IMG/VR virus record: IMGVR_UViG_3300046786_000930
Span: 4,805 to 68,804 of that record
Strand: one strand, 5' to 3'
DNA: 64,000 nt
From: a virus
Taxonomy: Duplodnaviria > Caudoviricetes
Numbering within the stretch: position 1 is the stretch's first letter; each line of letters starts with the position of its first letter. The notes below the pieces were generated by a model that did no database searches, was not told where the DNA came from, and saw only the letters and a program-made list of their open reading frames with translations. This document shows positions 1 to 11,009 of this stretch, one piece after another. Made by a program: the position numbers and the translations under genes.

Positions 1-2
1 GA

Positions 3-296
3 TTTGACGATATTGGCGAGTTACTGAATATTAGTGCTGCTAATGCCAACTTATTGTCAGCCGTAAGAGCTTGGTCAGGGAAGGATCCCGACTCAGGCGC
101 ACAAGTAATTATATGGAATGCTGCTTTCAATGATACCAGCGTAGCCATAGACCTAACAGTTTATGGTAACATGGATATCGGTAGCATGCTTTTCATTAAG
201 GACAGTGGCACTTACAGGTTAGCGTATAAAGCAGCTAAATCTACAACTGCTGTTGTTGGTGACTGGTATTACGTCAATTTAACCGTAGTATCCTAA
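3..296 (+). CDS. 5'-truncated gene, C-terminal part of a probable head/decoration protein
   Basis: The frame of ORF 54..296 is open back to the window start (FDDIGELLNISAANANLL...), so the TTG at 54 is not the true start. It is followed by a terminator. Function is inferred from position only. Confidence 0.55.
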   Translation, partial: FDDIGELLNISAANANLLSAVRAWSGKDPDSGAQVIIWNAAFNDTSVAIDLTVYGNMDIGSMLFIKDSGTYRLAYKAAKSTTAVVGDWYYVNLTVVS

Positions 297-312
297 TTCA
301 GTTTAATTCAAT

Positions 313-340
313 AAGGCGGGAAAACAACCGCCTTTATTTT
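313..340 (+). terminator. Intrinsic terminator
   Basis: AAGGCGG-gaaaacaa-CCGCCTT hairpin followed by TATTTT, directly after the stop at 296. Confidence 0.75.
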
Positions 341-368
341 AATAATATTTTTATTGAGGAATAATAAT

Positions 369-800
369 ATGGCACTATTAGTATGTAAGGTTGATAAACT
401 TTTACGGATATCAAAAAACAAAAGCAGCTTCCCAAATAAAGAAGACTTAAATTATGACTTTAAAGCTAATGTTCCTTTGGAAGTAATACCTGAAGTTGCT
501 AAAGCTTACAGCGAAGCATATCCTAACATTTACAAAATCGTGGACGGTTTATACAAGCCGGAAGATAAAGAACCAGAACCCCCTGCTGGCGGTTCCAATC
601 AACCCCCAGCCTTTGATGCTAAGGCATACCTAACCGTACATCCGGCAGCAACCGAAGATGAGTTGAAAGAGTTGAAGCAAACTGATCTATTAGCCATCTG
701 CGAGGCGTTGGAACTTAAGGCACATCCTAACACAGGTGTACCGAAACTTGCGGTTATGATAGCACAGGAACTTGAAGTTAAGAACGCTAAAGAAGAATAA
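369..800 (+). CDS. Phage protein with a Pro-rich linker and a C-terminal HeH/Rho-N-like helical domain
   Basis: GAGGA Shine-Dalgarno before the ATG at 369. The C-terminus ELKELKQTDLLAICEALELKAHPNTGVPKL has an HeH/LEM-like pattern. Confidence 0.55.
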   Translation: MALLVCKVDKLLRISKNKSSFPNKEDLNYDFKANVPLEVIPEVAKAYSEAYPNIYKIVDGLYKPEDKEPEPPAGGSNQPPAFDAKAYLTVHPAATEDELKELKQTDLLAICEALELKAHPNTGVPKLAVMIAQELEVKNAKEE

Positions 801-809
801 GGTAAATGA

Positions 810-1811
810 ATGGCTGATAACAGGTCACAGAAACTTGTTAGCAGAGTCTTCAGAAACCTTAGTAGACATGGAATAACGATCAATGAAATTTTAGATGAAG
901 AAATCTATGAAGAACTAACAAAACTTCAGGACAGAATAATTGCAAGAGTAAATCCGGACAAACTGATCACTCTTACTCTTGCTACAGATATTGATGAATA
1001 TGCCTTAACAACTGAAGATGCTTCTGCTGATCCGGACGCAACAACTTATAAGAATAATGTTGCTTCTATTAAGGTTGTGCGTCAACCCGATACTTTCCTT
1101 TATCCATTCCAAGTAGTTTCGAACGTAGAATATGCTAAGTTAATTGATGGTGAGGATATTACCTGGACTGGCTTAGCGAGTTTAATTGCCGGGATCCAAT
1201 TCAGTTCTTACATCAAGACCGGCGTAGATATGTTGGGGACTAAGAACGGAAGCAATCTTGTGTTCACCATCCCCGAAGAAATTACCGCAGACAGTGAAGA
1301 AATATTTTTCAACGGTGTTTTACAAGTAAGGGACACAGATTATTCGATAGTTAATTCTACAGTCACATTCACTCATACTGGCTTACCCGCACCGTTAGCT
1401 CCGGCGAGCGATGATACATTAATTTGCAATTATATCATATATTCAGCATTCGGGAACGCAGTAGTAAACACACATCAACCGTTAATCGGCACAATAATAA
1501 AGAACAGACTTCATGTTTACCCAATACCGGATAGCGATTTTGACGGTGAAACAATCGACCTAATAGTTTATCAGAAAAGCGGCCAAGGAAGTGTAAGCGT
1601 TACAGTTGAACCAGAACTAGATAACGAATGGGATAAAGCATTGGAGTATGGTGTAACCGCAGAATATCTAGAAGGTAAATCCCGGGATGAATATAAAGGA
1701 TATTATGAAAAAGAATTTGAGGACATCAAACATACCATTCCGATGAAAAGAGGAACGATTGAGAGGGCAAGCGTATATGAAGGCAGAAAGAACGAAAGGA
1801 ACTGGTACTAA
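810..1811 (+). CDS. Putative head-tail adaptor/ring protein with an inserted small beta domain
   Basis: Position before the muzzle-like gene. The LHVYPIPD...WDKALEYGV pattern is typical of podovirus adaptors. There is an insert GTKNGSNLVFT...FFNGVLQVRDTDY. Confidence 0.5.
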   Translation: MADNRSQKLVSRVFRNLSRHGITINEILDEEIYEELTKLQDRIIARVNPDKLITLTLATDIDEYALTTEDASADPDATTYKNNVASIKVVRQPDTFLYPFQVVSNVEYAKLIDGEDITWTGLASLIAGIQFSSYIKTGVDMLGTKNGSNLVFTIPEEITADSEEIFFNGVLQVRDTDYSIVNSTVTFTHTGLPAPLAPASDDTLICNYIIYSAFGNAVVNTHQPLIGTIIKNRLHVYPIPDSDFDGETIDLIVYQKSGQGSVSVTVEPELDNEWDKALEYGVTAEYLEGKSRDEYKGYYEKEFEDIKHTIPMKRGTIERASVYEGRKNERNWY

Positions 1812-2485
1812 TGGCAACACCTAAGTTTGATAATCTCTGTATTTCCTTCTTGAAGCGCATACCTGATGAATTTGTCACTACATTCACCGGGAGTGCAGCT
1901 ATGCCGGCTGGTTACATTCTCACTGCAGCTCAAATAACTGATTATGTCAATCGCGGGTTAATGAAGTTTTTTAATGATCAGTGGAATGGTGTTTTTGAGA
2001 ACGCAGTTAAAGCCGGTGTAAGCGATCCGACTAAGATAGCTGATTTGTTCGCGGGGATGTTCCCGGAATTAGTTGAGTTGAGCGCGGCAATAACATTATC
2101 AAGCGGAAACTATACTTTCGCAAGTCCATATCTGCATATCTTTAGGATAATCGGGGCCTATAACAACGCTACAACTGCCGTGCCATTAAGAATATGGAAG
2201 GAGAGCGCTTATCCTTTTGCTAAAACTGCTAAATATGCACAGTATCAGGCAAGTGCAAGTAATCCGGCACTGATTCAACTAAAGAATCAACTATGTGTGT
2301 TTCCTCAAGCTTCGATATTTGGGGTGCTGATATTATATATTAAATATCCGTTGTTGCCGACAACCGGAGGATATCTCGTACAAAATCATGCAACTGTTGA
2401 TTCACCATTTGCCGAGCAGTGGGAGGATAAAATTGCAGAAACGGCTTACGGACTATATTTGAAAGATACTTACGAGACTGAATAA
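1811..2485 (+). CDS. Putative second ring/adaptor protein
   Basis: Start overlaps the upstream stop. The LCVFPQ...LYIKYP...IAETAYGLY pattern resembles ring/adaptor proteins. Confidence 0.45.
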   Translation: MATPKFDNLCISFLKRIPDEFVTTFTGSAAMPAGYILTAAQITDYVNRGLMKFFNDQWNGVFENAVKAGVSDPTKIADLFAGMFPELVELSAAITLSSGNYTFASPYLHIFRIIGAYNNATTAVPLRIWKESAYPFAKTAKYAQYQASASNPALIQLKNQLCVFPQASIFGVLILYIKYPLLPTTGGYLVQNHATVDSPFAEQWEDKIAETAYGLYLKDTYETE

Positions 2486-2499
2486 AAGATGTGAATATT

Positions 2500-2643
2500 A
2501 TGATAGTTCAATCACTTAGTCACGACGGAATACATCAGATTGAATTAAGACATAACAAAAAATATGCGGTAGTAAGAGGGAGCGGTAATTGGTTCAAAGT
2601 TTTTATAAAGTGCTTAGTTAAAATATTATGGCAGAGACAATAA
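2500..2643 (+). CDS. Small hypothetical protein (47 aa, not in the ORF track)
   Basis: MIVQSLSHDGIHQIELRHNKK...KILWQRQ fills the 2485-2628 gap and overlaps the next start. Confidence 0.4.
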   Translation: MIVQSLSHDGIHQIELRHNKKYAVVRGSGNWFKVFIKCLVKILWQRQ

Positions 2644-5567
2644 ATAAAAAACCATGGGAACCTATCGAATTAGCTGATGCTGTTGGTATGGTGAGTAACC
2701 AAGTATCAGGTCCAAAGAACTCTGCTCAGTTACTAAAAAACCTTCACACCCACAGAAAACCCGGTGCATTAAGAGTGAGAAAAGGTTACACACTAAAGTA
2801 TGATTATCCTTCCGATAGTTCGATTAAGAACACATTATCAAGCGTAGCAATAACTATTGCAAGTCCAGGAGTAATAACAGAAACAAGTCATGGATTGAGA
2901 CAAGGGCAAGGGATCACCTTCAGCACAACCGGGGCGTTGCCGACTGGTTTAGTGGCCGGGACTACTTATTATGTGAATTACTTAACCGTGGATACGTTTG
3001 CGGTTAGTGCTACTTATAACGGAACGAGCATAAACACAAGTGGAACCCAAAGCGGAGTACACGCGGTTCATTACAGAGGATTTTTAACCTATGATTTCTT
3101 TTTCGACAGACAAGCATTATCAACCGGGCAAGAAGTAACATGCTTGCTTGAGAAGGGCACAGTACAACCAGTAGCGACAAGTGGAGTTACGGATACACAA
3201 AACATGCTGTGTATGTGGATAAGACCTTACTGGAACGGATCGGCCTGGACAGATGCTTGGCAATGGCTGAACAAAACAATTATCACAAGAGTAAAAGTAG
3301 AGAGTGATTCGACTTATCCTAATATGATAATTGCGTTTGATAGTTTTAGCTTAAGCGATGATGCCTTGGTGGGATGGACTATTTACAATAAAACAAAAGG
3401 ACAATATGCGAAAATAATTACTTCTAAAATTCAAGTAGGGCACACAAGAATTGTTCATACGGCTTACGATAGTTATTGGGAAGAAAACGATGTTTTGTTA
3501 ATAATGAAAAACTTCGTTGATCTTACAGCAATGGCAGAACTATACACAGCAACTTGGGATGAGATACAGTTCCATCATGTGAATAATGACTTAAGAATAG
3601 GATTTGGTGGTAAGGCGAATAGGCCGGGATTGATGGTAGGTTATAGAAAAAGTTATTTAATGCTGAATCAATTTGATTTTACGGCTTCACATGCTGATTT
3701 GACAAGTGCAGCATTACTAGCTTTTGCTACTAACGATGCGGTGATCCTAGATACCCATGTAGCAGATAAAAATTTATTCGGAGTTGATCTAACTGCAACT
3801 AGCGGAACCCTTACAGCAAACACATATTATTTTCGCTTAACCGGGTTAATAGATGGGTATCAGGAACAACTATTAGCTGAAAATGAAATAATTGTTGCCG
3901 GTGGGGATGATGATATTAAAATTTATCCTTTTGCCTATATCAACAAATTAAGTACAAGGATAACACAATTAAATTTATATAAAAGCACTGATCAGACCAC
4001 TTGGTATAAGGTCAAGACGAATCCTTTAAGAACCGATACGTTCCTAAATACTACATGGAAAATAGACGAACAAGGCAGAATAATTATTATTGAAGCTGCA
4101 GATCTAATAACAGACGATAATGCAGCGAAACCAACAAGCGATACTAATAGTATTGGTGGATGGTCAGCACAGGATACTTGGGGATGTAGTTTTGAGTCTG
4201 AAGATGATGATGTAGGGCAGGTGAACGGTGTAACAATGACAATCGCAAGTCCATGTGTGCTAACAAAAGCGAACCATGGATTAGCTGATGGGCAGAAAAT
4301 AAGATTGTATACAACCGGAGCTTTACCAACTGGTTTAGTTGCTGATACTGATTATTTCGTAAAATGGGTTGATGCAAGTACGTTCAAATTAGCTGGAACT
4401 TATGGAGGAGCGGATATAAACACTTCCGGATCTCAATCTGGATCTCATCATCTATATTGCGGATTACGAACTCCTCAGAATGGAAGTTATTTCTTATTAT
4501 GGAAGAATACTCAATATTATTCTATGATAATGAAATTAACCTCTCCAATAATTACTTATACAACTCAAAAAGTTAGTGTAAGTTTTTATGTAAAAACCAA
4601 TGTTAGCGGGATAGTGTTAAAAATAGGTTCAACCTCACCTTATCCTAATCCATTCGGAAGTGGAGAAGATGATGTAGAATATCAAGAAGTCACGTTATCA
4701 AATGATGGAAGTTGGCATCAGCATTCAGTAACGATGAATCTTTATGGAAAATTATTATTACAAGCGAGCGCAGATGCTTTAGGGAATACAATAACAAGAA
4801 TAGGAATAGATAATATTGTCATTCAATCGGCAGATTATTTGTTGGGTAATTTATCAAACGGAACCGAGATGAACTCTGAGTTAGGATACACTCCTACTTA
4901 CAACTTAGTCAAAGGATGGGATCAGGCGTTAGAGTATAACAAAAGAGTTTATTATTTGAATCCTTACGTTGAAAAGAGATACGAAAACTATATTTTGGTA
5001 AGCCACATCCATTCAAGCGGCGCTTACATGTATGATTTGGCATCGTTCAGTAATTTTCGCGAGTTAGAGAAATTCGACAGCAACAAAACTTTAGGTATGG
5101 CGTTATTGCCTACAAATGAATTATTGATACTAAAAGATAAATCAGTTGTAAGCATTGATCCAGACACCGGAGCGGGCAGAGAACCATTGTTCGGGATTTC
5201 ATGTGTGACCTTAAATAGCATAGCAAATCTTGGTGGAATAATACTTTGGTGCGGATTATTTGACATTTACATTATGAACGTAGGCAACGGTTATAACGTG
5301 AAGGGATTACTTAAGGACACCATCCTTGATAAATATCTTGATGCTTCAGTTATTCCAGACAAGACAAAGATACAAGCCGTGAGAGACAAACACAACTCTT
5401 ACAGAATTAGGATCTATGACGCTACAAACAAAACTGAGTTTTTATTAACAGAAAACGGCTGGATACAAGAAGTTAAGAATCATTTCCCCGAAATCCATAG
5501 GACAGACGGTAATGATCAGCTTACGTTTATGAATGATGGAAACATTTACACAATCGAAAACGAGTAA
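2628..5567 (+). CDS. Tail muzzle/stabilization protein (P22 gp10/T7 gp12-like), apparently lacking its C-terminal domain
   Basis: The N-terminal SAQLLKNL...PGALRVRKGY pattern, beta-rich propeller-like C-terminal half, size and position fit. It contains two copies of a ~75-aa inserted module. Confidence 0.6.
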   Translation: MAETINKKPWEPIELADAVGMVSNQVSGPKNSAQLLKNLHTHRKPGALRVRKGYTLKYDYPSDSSIKNTLSSVAITIASPGVITETSHGLRQGQGITFSTTGALPTGLVAGTTYYVNYLTVDTFAVSATYNGTSINTSGTQSGVHAVHYRGFLTYDFFFDRQALSTGQEVTCLLEKGTVQPVATSGVTDTQNMLCMWIRPYWNGSAWTDAWQWLNKTIITRVKVESDSTYPNMIIAFDSFSLSDDALVGWTIYNKTKGQYAKIITSKIQVGHTRIVHTAYDSYWEENDVLLIMKNFVDLTAMAELYTATWDEIQFHHVNNDLRIGFGGKANRPGLMVGYRKSYLMLNQFDFTASHADLTSAALLAFATNDAVILDTHVADKNLFGVDLTATSGTLTANTYYFRLTGLIDGYQEQLLAENEIIVAGGDDDIKIYPFAYINKLSTRITQLNLYKSTDQTTWYKVKTNPLRTDTFLNTTWKIDEQGRIIIIEAADLITDDNAAKPTSDTNSIGGWSAQDTWGCSFESEDDDVGQVNGVTMTIASPCVLTKANHGLADGQKIRLYTTGALPTGLVADTDYFVKWVDASTFKLAGTYGGADINTSGSQSGSHHLYCGLRTPQNGSYFLLWKNTQYYSMIMKLTSPIITYTTQKVSVSFYVKTNVSGIVLKIGSTSPYPNPFGSGEDDVEYQEVTLSNDGSWHQHSVTMNLYGKLLLQASADALGNTITRIGIDNIVIQSADYLLGNLSNGTEMNSELGYTPTYNLVKGWDQALEYNKRVYYLNPYVEKRYENYILVSHIHSSGAYMYDLASFSNFRELEKFDSNKTLGMALLPTNELLILKDKSVVSIDPDTGAGREPLFGISCVTLNSIANLGGIILWCGLFDIYIMNVGNGYNVKGLLKDTILDKYLDASVIPDKTKIQAVRDKHNSYRIRIYDATNKTEFLLTENGWIQEVKNHFPEIHRTDGNDQLTFMNDGNIYTIENE
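2841..4460 (+). repeat. Two diverged copies of a ~75-aa module inside the muzzle gene (about 2841-3075 and 4227-4460)
   Basis: TIASPG..HGL..TTGALPTGLVAGTTYYV..INTSGTQSG versus TIASPC..HGL..TTGALPTGLVADTDYFV..INTSGSQSG. Confidence 0.85.
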
Positions 5568-5573
5568 ACACTT

Positions 5574-7787
5574 ATGAAGAAATTATTTTTAATTATAGCG
5601 TTTATTTTTGTGGGGTGTATATCGGGACAGAATATTCGCATCGACCAAGTTAAGGAGTTGCCAGACACAATAGCGTATCTTAGGAACCTCCATGCAATGG
5701 GAGATACAAATACAGTACAAGCCTTTATAAGAGATTCTCTCGGAAGGTTTTGGGATTCAACAGAAGTAAAAGCCGCGATAGGCGACAGCACAACCGCAAC
5801 CGATGCAAGATTAAGCGATTCAGTTGGTGTACTCAATACGAGAATAGATTCTGTAATTAACAATTTAGGTGAGGGTGGTGTTGACACACTTACACAAAAT
5901 ATTACTATCCTTAATTATGGGCAGTTTTCTACACCGGAACAATATTTAATCTATCAAAGCGACACTACTGTTGCCATACAAAGATGTGGTGATTCGGTAG
6001 GTACGAGACAAATACTTTTAACAGGACAATATACAATAAGAGATAGCATCAAGTGGGACTTAGCTGGCGGTGAAATGGATATAATTTTTGCCAAAGATGC
6101 AAAGATTACCTCTGCCGATAATGTACCTTCAACCGATTACTATCATCCTATTGGAGAAATTATAATTATAAATGGTAAGCGAGTGGGGATTACTGGTGGG
6201 GAATTGTATGGTTATACTTCGGCAACAAATGTATTCCAGAGTGTTTTGTGTATCAGAGATATAGATATTGTTACTCTTAAAAACTTAACTGTCAGACGTG
6301 GGAAATATGCGGGAACTTTTATAGTAAATCCTCATAATCTTGATGTAGATAATTGTTTCATGGATTCAAGTCATTATGCAAATTTATTAATAGGGAATTC
6401 CAAGCAATCAAATATTTCAAAGGGAGAATATTCTTATGCGGGGTATGATGTAGTTGCTAATCCCGATACTGGATATGGAATAAGTTTTATCGGTAGATAC
6501 GTTTATCCGCCTGGAAGTTCAGGGAACTTTAACAATGAAAATATTACTGTGAATAGTGTAAAAGCAAATTACAACTCTCGTAAAGGAGTAGATGCACACG
6601 GAGGGCAGAACATTACATTTACAGAAAACAAAGTAAAAGGTTTTGGAAGTTGTGGAATTTATGCGGTGAATGAAGATGGTAATACCGGATATGAGAAACA
6701 TGTTAGGAACGTGATAATAAGTAACAACACAGTTACTCAAGACTCTTTATGGTTAGAAGGATTATTAGGCAACAGAACCTCTCTTTATCTAACGACAGGG
6801 AGAACGGTTTTGGATAGTCTTTATTGGTGGAATGCAATCCAAGTAGGAGATTACCAAAGTTCAACAACCACACAGATGTATCCTTCGGGAACATTTACAG
6901 TACAGGGGAATACTTTAGATTCAATGAATTCAAGAGGGGCAAGAGCACCCTTATCTGTATTTGTGGCTATAACAAAATTGGTTGGTTATCCAAGACCACA
7001 AATAGATGCAATTAATATTCTAAACAATACCATTCTATATCCTAATGTAACCACTGATGAATTTGATGGTGAACAAGATGCTGTTATTTATTTTACCAAC
7101 GGTACTGTTCCTCCAAGATTTGTTAATGTAAGCGGAAATAATATTTTTAGAGATACCTTACAAAGCACGGCAAATAATGGAATTAAGTTAGCGTTTACAA
7201 ATCCAGGTTCATGGAATCTTGTAGAGACAAATGATAGTTTGTTTAACCAGATCGTGAATGTAAACAACAATAATGTTTATGGCTATTTTAATTATCCTTT
7301 ATTCATAAGTTCAAACAACATTAAGCAAGTTACGTCCAACAACACTTATAATGGGAATCGACTTGCAGATATGGATGATGCTTATAACGGGGTTAAAAAA
7401 TTTACGTTCCATGCAGTTGCGGCGGGTGATTCAATTACGTTAGTTGATAGTGTGAAAATAACAGCTTCTTTAGATGGGATGACTGTTTATAATATTAAGA
7501 TTACTTCTTCAAATGATGTTGATAAGGGGATTAATGTTTATAATTACATAGCATACGCAAAAGACACAACCACAGTAGAAGGCAACCCAATGGCTACTGC
7601 TGCAACGATTATGAACGAATCTGGAATCGGTGGGTATACAGAAACAGACAGACCTACATTAACATGGAGAACAAGCGGTAATGTAGGCACATTAAAACTA
7701 TTTGATAGTAACAGCGATGGGTATTCAAAATATAATATTGAGATGATAATAACCTCAAGGAACGTACCTTATTGGAGGAGCGAATAA
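5574..7787 (+). CDS. Signal-peptide-bearing right-handed beta-helix (tailspike/pectin-lyase-like) protein
   Basis: MKKLFLIIAFIFVGCISG|Q signal peptide. Asn-rich NITVNSV/NVIISNNTV/NILNNTI beta-helix rungs. Confidence 0.7.
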   Translation: MKKLFLIIAFIFVGCISGQNIRIDQVKELPDTIAYLRNLHAMGDTNTVQAFIRDSLGRFWDSTEVKAAIGDSTTATDARLSDSVGVLNTRIDSVINNLGEGGVDTLTQNITILNYGQFSTPEQYLIYQSDTTVAIQRCGDSVGTRQILLTGQYTIRDSIKWDLAGGEMDIIFAKDAKITSADNVPSTDYYHPIGEIIIINGKRVGITGGELYGYTSATNVFQSVLCIRDIDIVTLKNLTVRRGKYAGTFIVNPHNLDVDNCFMDSSHYANLLIGNSKQSNISKGEYSYAGYDVVANPDTGYGISFIGRYVYPPGSSGNFNNENITVNSVKANYNSRKGVDAHGGQNITFTENKVKGFGSCGIYAVNEDGNTGYEKHVRNVIISNNTVTQDSLWLEGLLGNRTSLYLTTGRTVLDSLYWWNAIQVGDYQSSTTTQMYPSGTFTVQGNTLDSMNSRGARAPLSVFVAITKLVGYPRPQIDAINILNNTILYPNVTTDEFDGEQDAVIYFTNGTVPPRFVNVSGNNIFRDTLQSTANNGIKLAFTNPGSWNLVETNDSLFNQIVNVNNNNVYGYFNYPLFISSNNIKQVTSNNTYNGNRLADMDDAYNGVKKFTFHAVAAGDSITLVDSVKITASLDGMTVYNIKITSSNDVDKGINVYNYIAYAKDTTTVEGNPMATAATIMNESGIGGYTETDRPTLTWRTSGNVGTLKLFDSNSDGYSKYNIEMIITSRNVPYWRSE

Positions 7788-8242
7788 TGAAAAAAATAAT
7801 TTTATTTATAATGCTATTATTTACCTCCTATTCTTTTGCGCAAGATACAAAGTTCTTTGGTACGGTAGAGGCAGATACCTTAGTTGGGTTCAAAGCCGAT
7901 ACCCTAAGCTATTCTTGGGGAATAATGGACACCGTAACAACTGGTGATTTGCCAGGGTGGAAAGTTCCTACTGATATTACAATTATAGAAGTTAGTGGAT
8001 ACACAGATGCTAATACAGTAACTTTTAATATTGAAGAACGGACAGAAGCAACCCCAAATACTGCTGCTGCGACTGATGTCATGGATACCGATTTGGCAGC
8101 AGATGTAAATCAAGAGGAAGCAAGTGGGGTTGATCTTGATAACGTTGCAATAGCAAAAGATTCTTGGTTAGTTCCTACAATTAGTGCAACTGGTGATGTA
8201 GCAATATTTGGAATTACAATACGTTATGTTAAAGTATATTAG
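7787..8242 (+). CDS. Signal-peptide-bearing small beta-sandwich (fibre-associated-like) protein
   Basis: The ATG at 7787 overlaps the upstream stop. MKKIILFIMLLFTSYSFA|Q signal peptide. The C-terminal AIAKDSWLVPTISATGDVAIFGITIRY resembles fibre-associated beta-sandwich domains. Confidence 0.65.
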   Translation: MKKIILFIMLLFTSYSFAQDTKFFGTVEADTLVGFKADTLSYSWGIMDTVTTGDLPGWKVPTDITIIEVSGYTDANTVTFNIEERTEATPNTAAATDVMDTDLAADVNQEEASGVDLDNVAIAKDSWLVPTISATGDVAIFGITIRYVKVY

Positions 8243-11009
8243 TCTAATTTTCATATTGTGTTTTGAACTATTCCCGCAAGGAAATATGCTTGTTAATCGC
8301 AAGCATTATTGGGATAGTTTGGTACTAATAGTTCCTGATACTTCTACGAATATTTACGTAGATGGTAACAATGGGCTTGATGCAAATGATGGATTAACTG
8401 GGGCGACTTCGAAATTGACCTATCCGGCTGGTGAAGCGTTGGTAAATGCAGTAACAGATACAATGTTTTTAACTGGAACGTTTGATTATCCATTTCCCAA
8501 AACCAAGACATTCGTTATCGCCACTTATGGAGATTTTAATTATACGAATGGATTAAACGGATATACTTATGTACCAGGTGCAGAAGGTGGGGCGGTTGTA
8601 GATACGTTTTACGTTGGTTCTGGAACTGATGATAAAACAAGGGCTGGCACTACTGGATTGTTTGATTTGGAATATTTGAATATGGGTGCTCAGTATTCTA
8701 ATGTAAAGGTTGCGACAAGATTTGTGAACGTAGTTGAACGTTCTGGATATGATTCTGCATTGATTGAATACACTGCCTATGATTCTCATACTGCTGATGA
8801 TATTGTTTTAAGATTCTATGGTGAGGATTTGGGAAACCCTCCTACATTCGGAACAGGCTATGCGGACTTTGATGTAAGGTATGAAACACTAACAACTGCT
8901 TATAAAGACACTACATTTCAAACCGACTGGGTTAATGGGACTAATTATAAATTTAGATTAGGCGGTGTTATCGGAGAACTGTTTACAAACTACGCTTATA
9001 CTGGTTCACAAGCAATTACGATATTTAATGTAAATAATGGTTCAACCTCAAGTACTTTTAGAAGTGCAAGTGCTTATGATTTAAGCTCCGGTGCTGAGAA
9101 GGCAAAGCTGATAATTTATTCAGATGGTACTGCTTCTAATGCTTACTATTGGAAAGATCAAACAACTGAGGTTACTGCTGTTTATTTTGGATCTGAATTG
9201 GGAACCGAGAATACAGATAAAAGTTTGATTGATTCTACAAAAGAATGGTGTTGGAGTGGAGATACGCTTTATATTTACGGCGAAGTATTACCACCTTCGG
9301 GAACTGCCGATAAATATGTTTGTGATTTATGTGTAGATGTAGATGCAGTTGATGATTCAGCGACTACTATTGCAGAAGTGAACGCATGGACTTTAGTGGG
9401 TGGGGATACGGTTGCAATTAAAATAAATGAAGTTCGTGATGACGCTATTCTTGTTCCTCAGAACAACGTGGTATATACTTCTTATGGCGGAGATGGGAGA
9501 TACATTTTACAACACTCAGACCTAACAAACGAACAGCACGTAGTAAATGCTCAAAATATAAGCGGAGCAACTATTGAAAATGCGGAGATAATCGGTAAGA
9601 ATTGGGTTATTGTAAATGGGAGTTCTGGTTTGACTTTTGATAATATTTATTGCCATCATTATGAAAACACTAATTATCATTTCCCGCATGATGGACGCGG
9701 AATGTTCACCGCCATTGGTACACAAGCACTATACCTAACTATTCAAAACAGTATCTTTGAAAGTGGATTTCCCATTGCAGCTTCAGAATGCGGAGATCAA
9801 GATTCTGTTTGCACAAGCGATATGTTTTCTCTTTGGAATGCCGGAGGTGGCGGAAGTGGCTATATCTATTTCTACAATAATATTTTTAAGAATGCGCCCC
9901 ATAGTTTAATTGGCATTGGTCAGGGTGGAAGCGAGAAGGTATCTCATCACATTTTAATAAGACTGAATAGGTTCTACAATCAGTATCATCACGGAGTTTA
10001 TGATATAGATCAGGGAACAACTACGGCAAAAGATAGTTGCATAATTGTTGATTTTAATCTTTTTGAACGTAGTGGAAGTGGATTAAGACAAAGTGCAACA
10101 AATAATTTTGTCCAGTATAATAGAGAACTGGGGGCTTTTGGTGTAGCTGGTGGCAGTAATATTGTAAGGTACAATGTAATTAAAAGAACCTCATGCAGAA
10201 GAAATGAATGGAACAATGCTGGTGGAGTGCAGTTTGGCAGTGATATTTATAATCTAAGAATGTATAACAATGTTCTTGATAGTTCTTATGGTATGGCAAT
10301 GAGGTTTATTTATAGTGCGGGAAGCACTAAATTTGAGAACAACTATTTTTTCAACAATGCCTTCACAAGAAGTGGAGACCCTAATTGGGAAACTTATTAT
10401 CCAGGTATTGACGGTGATAGTGTTGCAATAATTTATTGGGATGATAATGCCGGAAGTCCATCAAATAACATTTTTAGTTATAGCTATTTTGGTACATCAA
10501 GTAACAATCTATTAAATCTCTTGGCGGGTGATTTAGAAACAACAAATAGCACCGCGTGGACTGGTGTTACGTTCCAGAATAATCTTAATGGCTATCGCAC
10601 CACTTCAGTATTCGATGCACCAGATGACAGCATTCCAAACTGGACTTACTGGACACCTCAAACAGTAAGAGGTAATTTGTATGATAGTGTTCTGGCTAAT
10701 TACAATGGCAAAGCACCTTTGATAGATGCGGGCAGACCACACACCTACATTAGCGGAACTGTAAATAACGATACCATCCTTGTAACTGATTCAAGAGTAT
10801 TTTTTGACGGCTGGAATTGGCAAGAACTTGAGGGAGATAGTCTTTTAATTGGCACTTATAGAGTTCAAGTAATAGGAATAAACTATACAACAAATTACAT
10901 AGCATTAAGTGGGATAGTTGATGTTGCAGATAACACTCCGGTGTATCTGATTAACCCCTACACACATGATGCTTATAAAGAAACTGAAATAGATATAGGT
11001 TTAGAATGA
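8226..11009 (+). CDS. Signal-peptide-bearing beta-helix (pectin-lyase-like) protein
   Basis: MLKYISLIFILCFELFP|Q signal peptide. It has a YVDGNNGLDANDG motif, repeated FYNNIF/VRYNVI/MYNNVL rungs and APLIDAG near the C-terminus. Confidence 0.7.
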   Translation: MLKYISLIFILCFELFPQGNMLVNRKHYWDSLVLIVPDTSTNIYVDGNNGLDANDGLTGATSKLTYPAGEALVNAVTDTMFLTGTFDYPFPKTKTFVIATYGDFNYTNGLNGYTYVPGAEGGAVVDTFYVGSGTDDKTRAGTTGLFDLEYLNMGAQYSNVKVATRFVNVVERSGYDSALIEYTAYDSHTADDIVLRFYGEDLGNPPTFGTGYADFDVRYETLTTAYKDTTFQTDWVNGTNYKFRLGGVIGELFTNYAYTGSQAITIFNVNNGSTSSTFRSASAYDLSSGAEKAKLIIYSDGTASNAYYWKDQTTEVTAVYFGSELGTENTDKSLIDSTKEWCWSGDTLYIYGEVLPPSGTADKYVCDLCVDVDAVDDSATTIAEVNAWTLVGGDTVAIKINEVRDDAILVPQNNVVYTSYGGDGRYILQHSDLTNEQHVVNAQNISGATIENAEIIGKNWVIVNGSSGLTFDNIYCHHYENTNYHFPHDGRGMFTAIGTQALYLTIQNSIFESGFPIAASECGDQDSVCTSDMFSLWNAGGGGSGYIYFYNNIFKNAPHSLIGIGQGGSEKVSHHILIRLNRFYNQYHHGVYDIDQGTTTAKDSCIIVDFNLFERSGSGLRQSATNNFVQYNRELGAFGVAGGSNIVRYNVIKRTSCRRNEWNNAGGVQFGSDIYNLRMYNNVLDSSYGMAMRFIYSAGSTKFENNYFFNNAFTRSGDPNWETYYPGIDGDSVAIIYWDDNAGSPSNNIFSYSYFGTSSNNLLNLLAGDLETTNSTAWTGVTFQNNLNGYRTTSVFDAPDDSIPNWTYWTPQTVRGNLYDSVLANYNGKAPLIDAGRPHTYISGTVNNDTILVTDSRVFFDGWNWQELEGDSLLIGTYRVQVIGINYTTNYIALSGIVDVADNTPVYLINPYTHDAYKETEIDIGLE

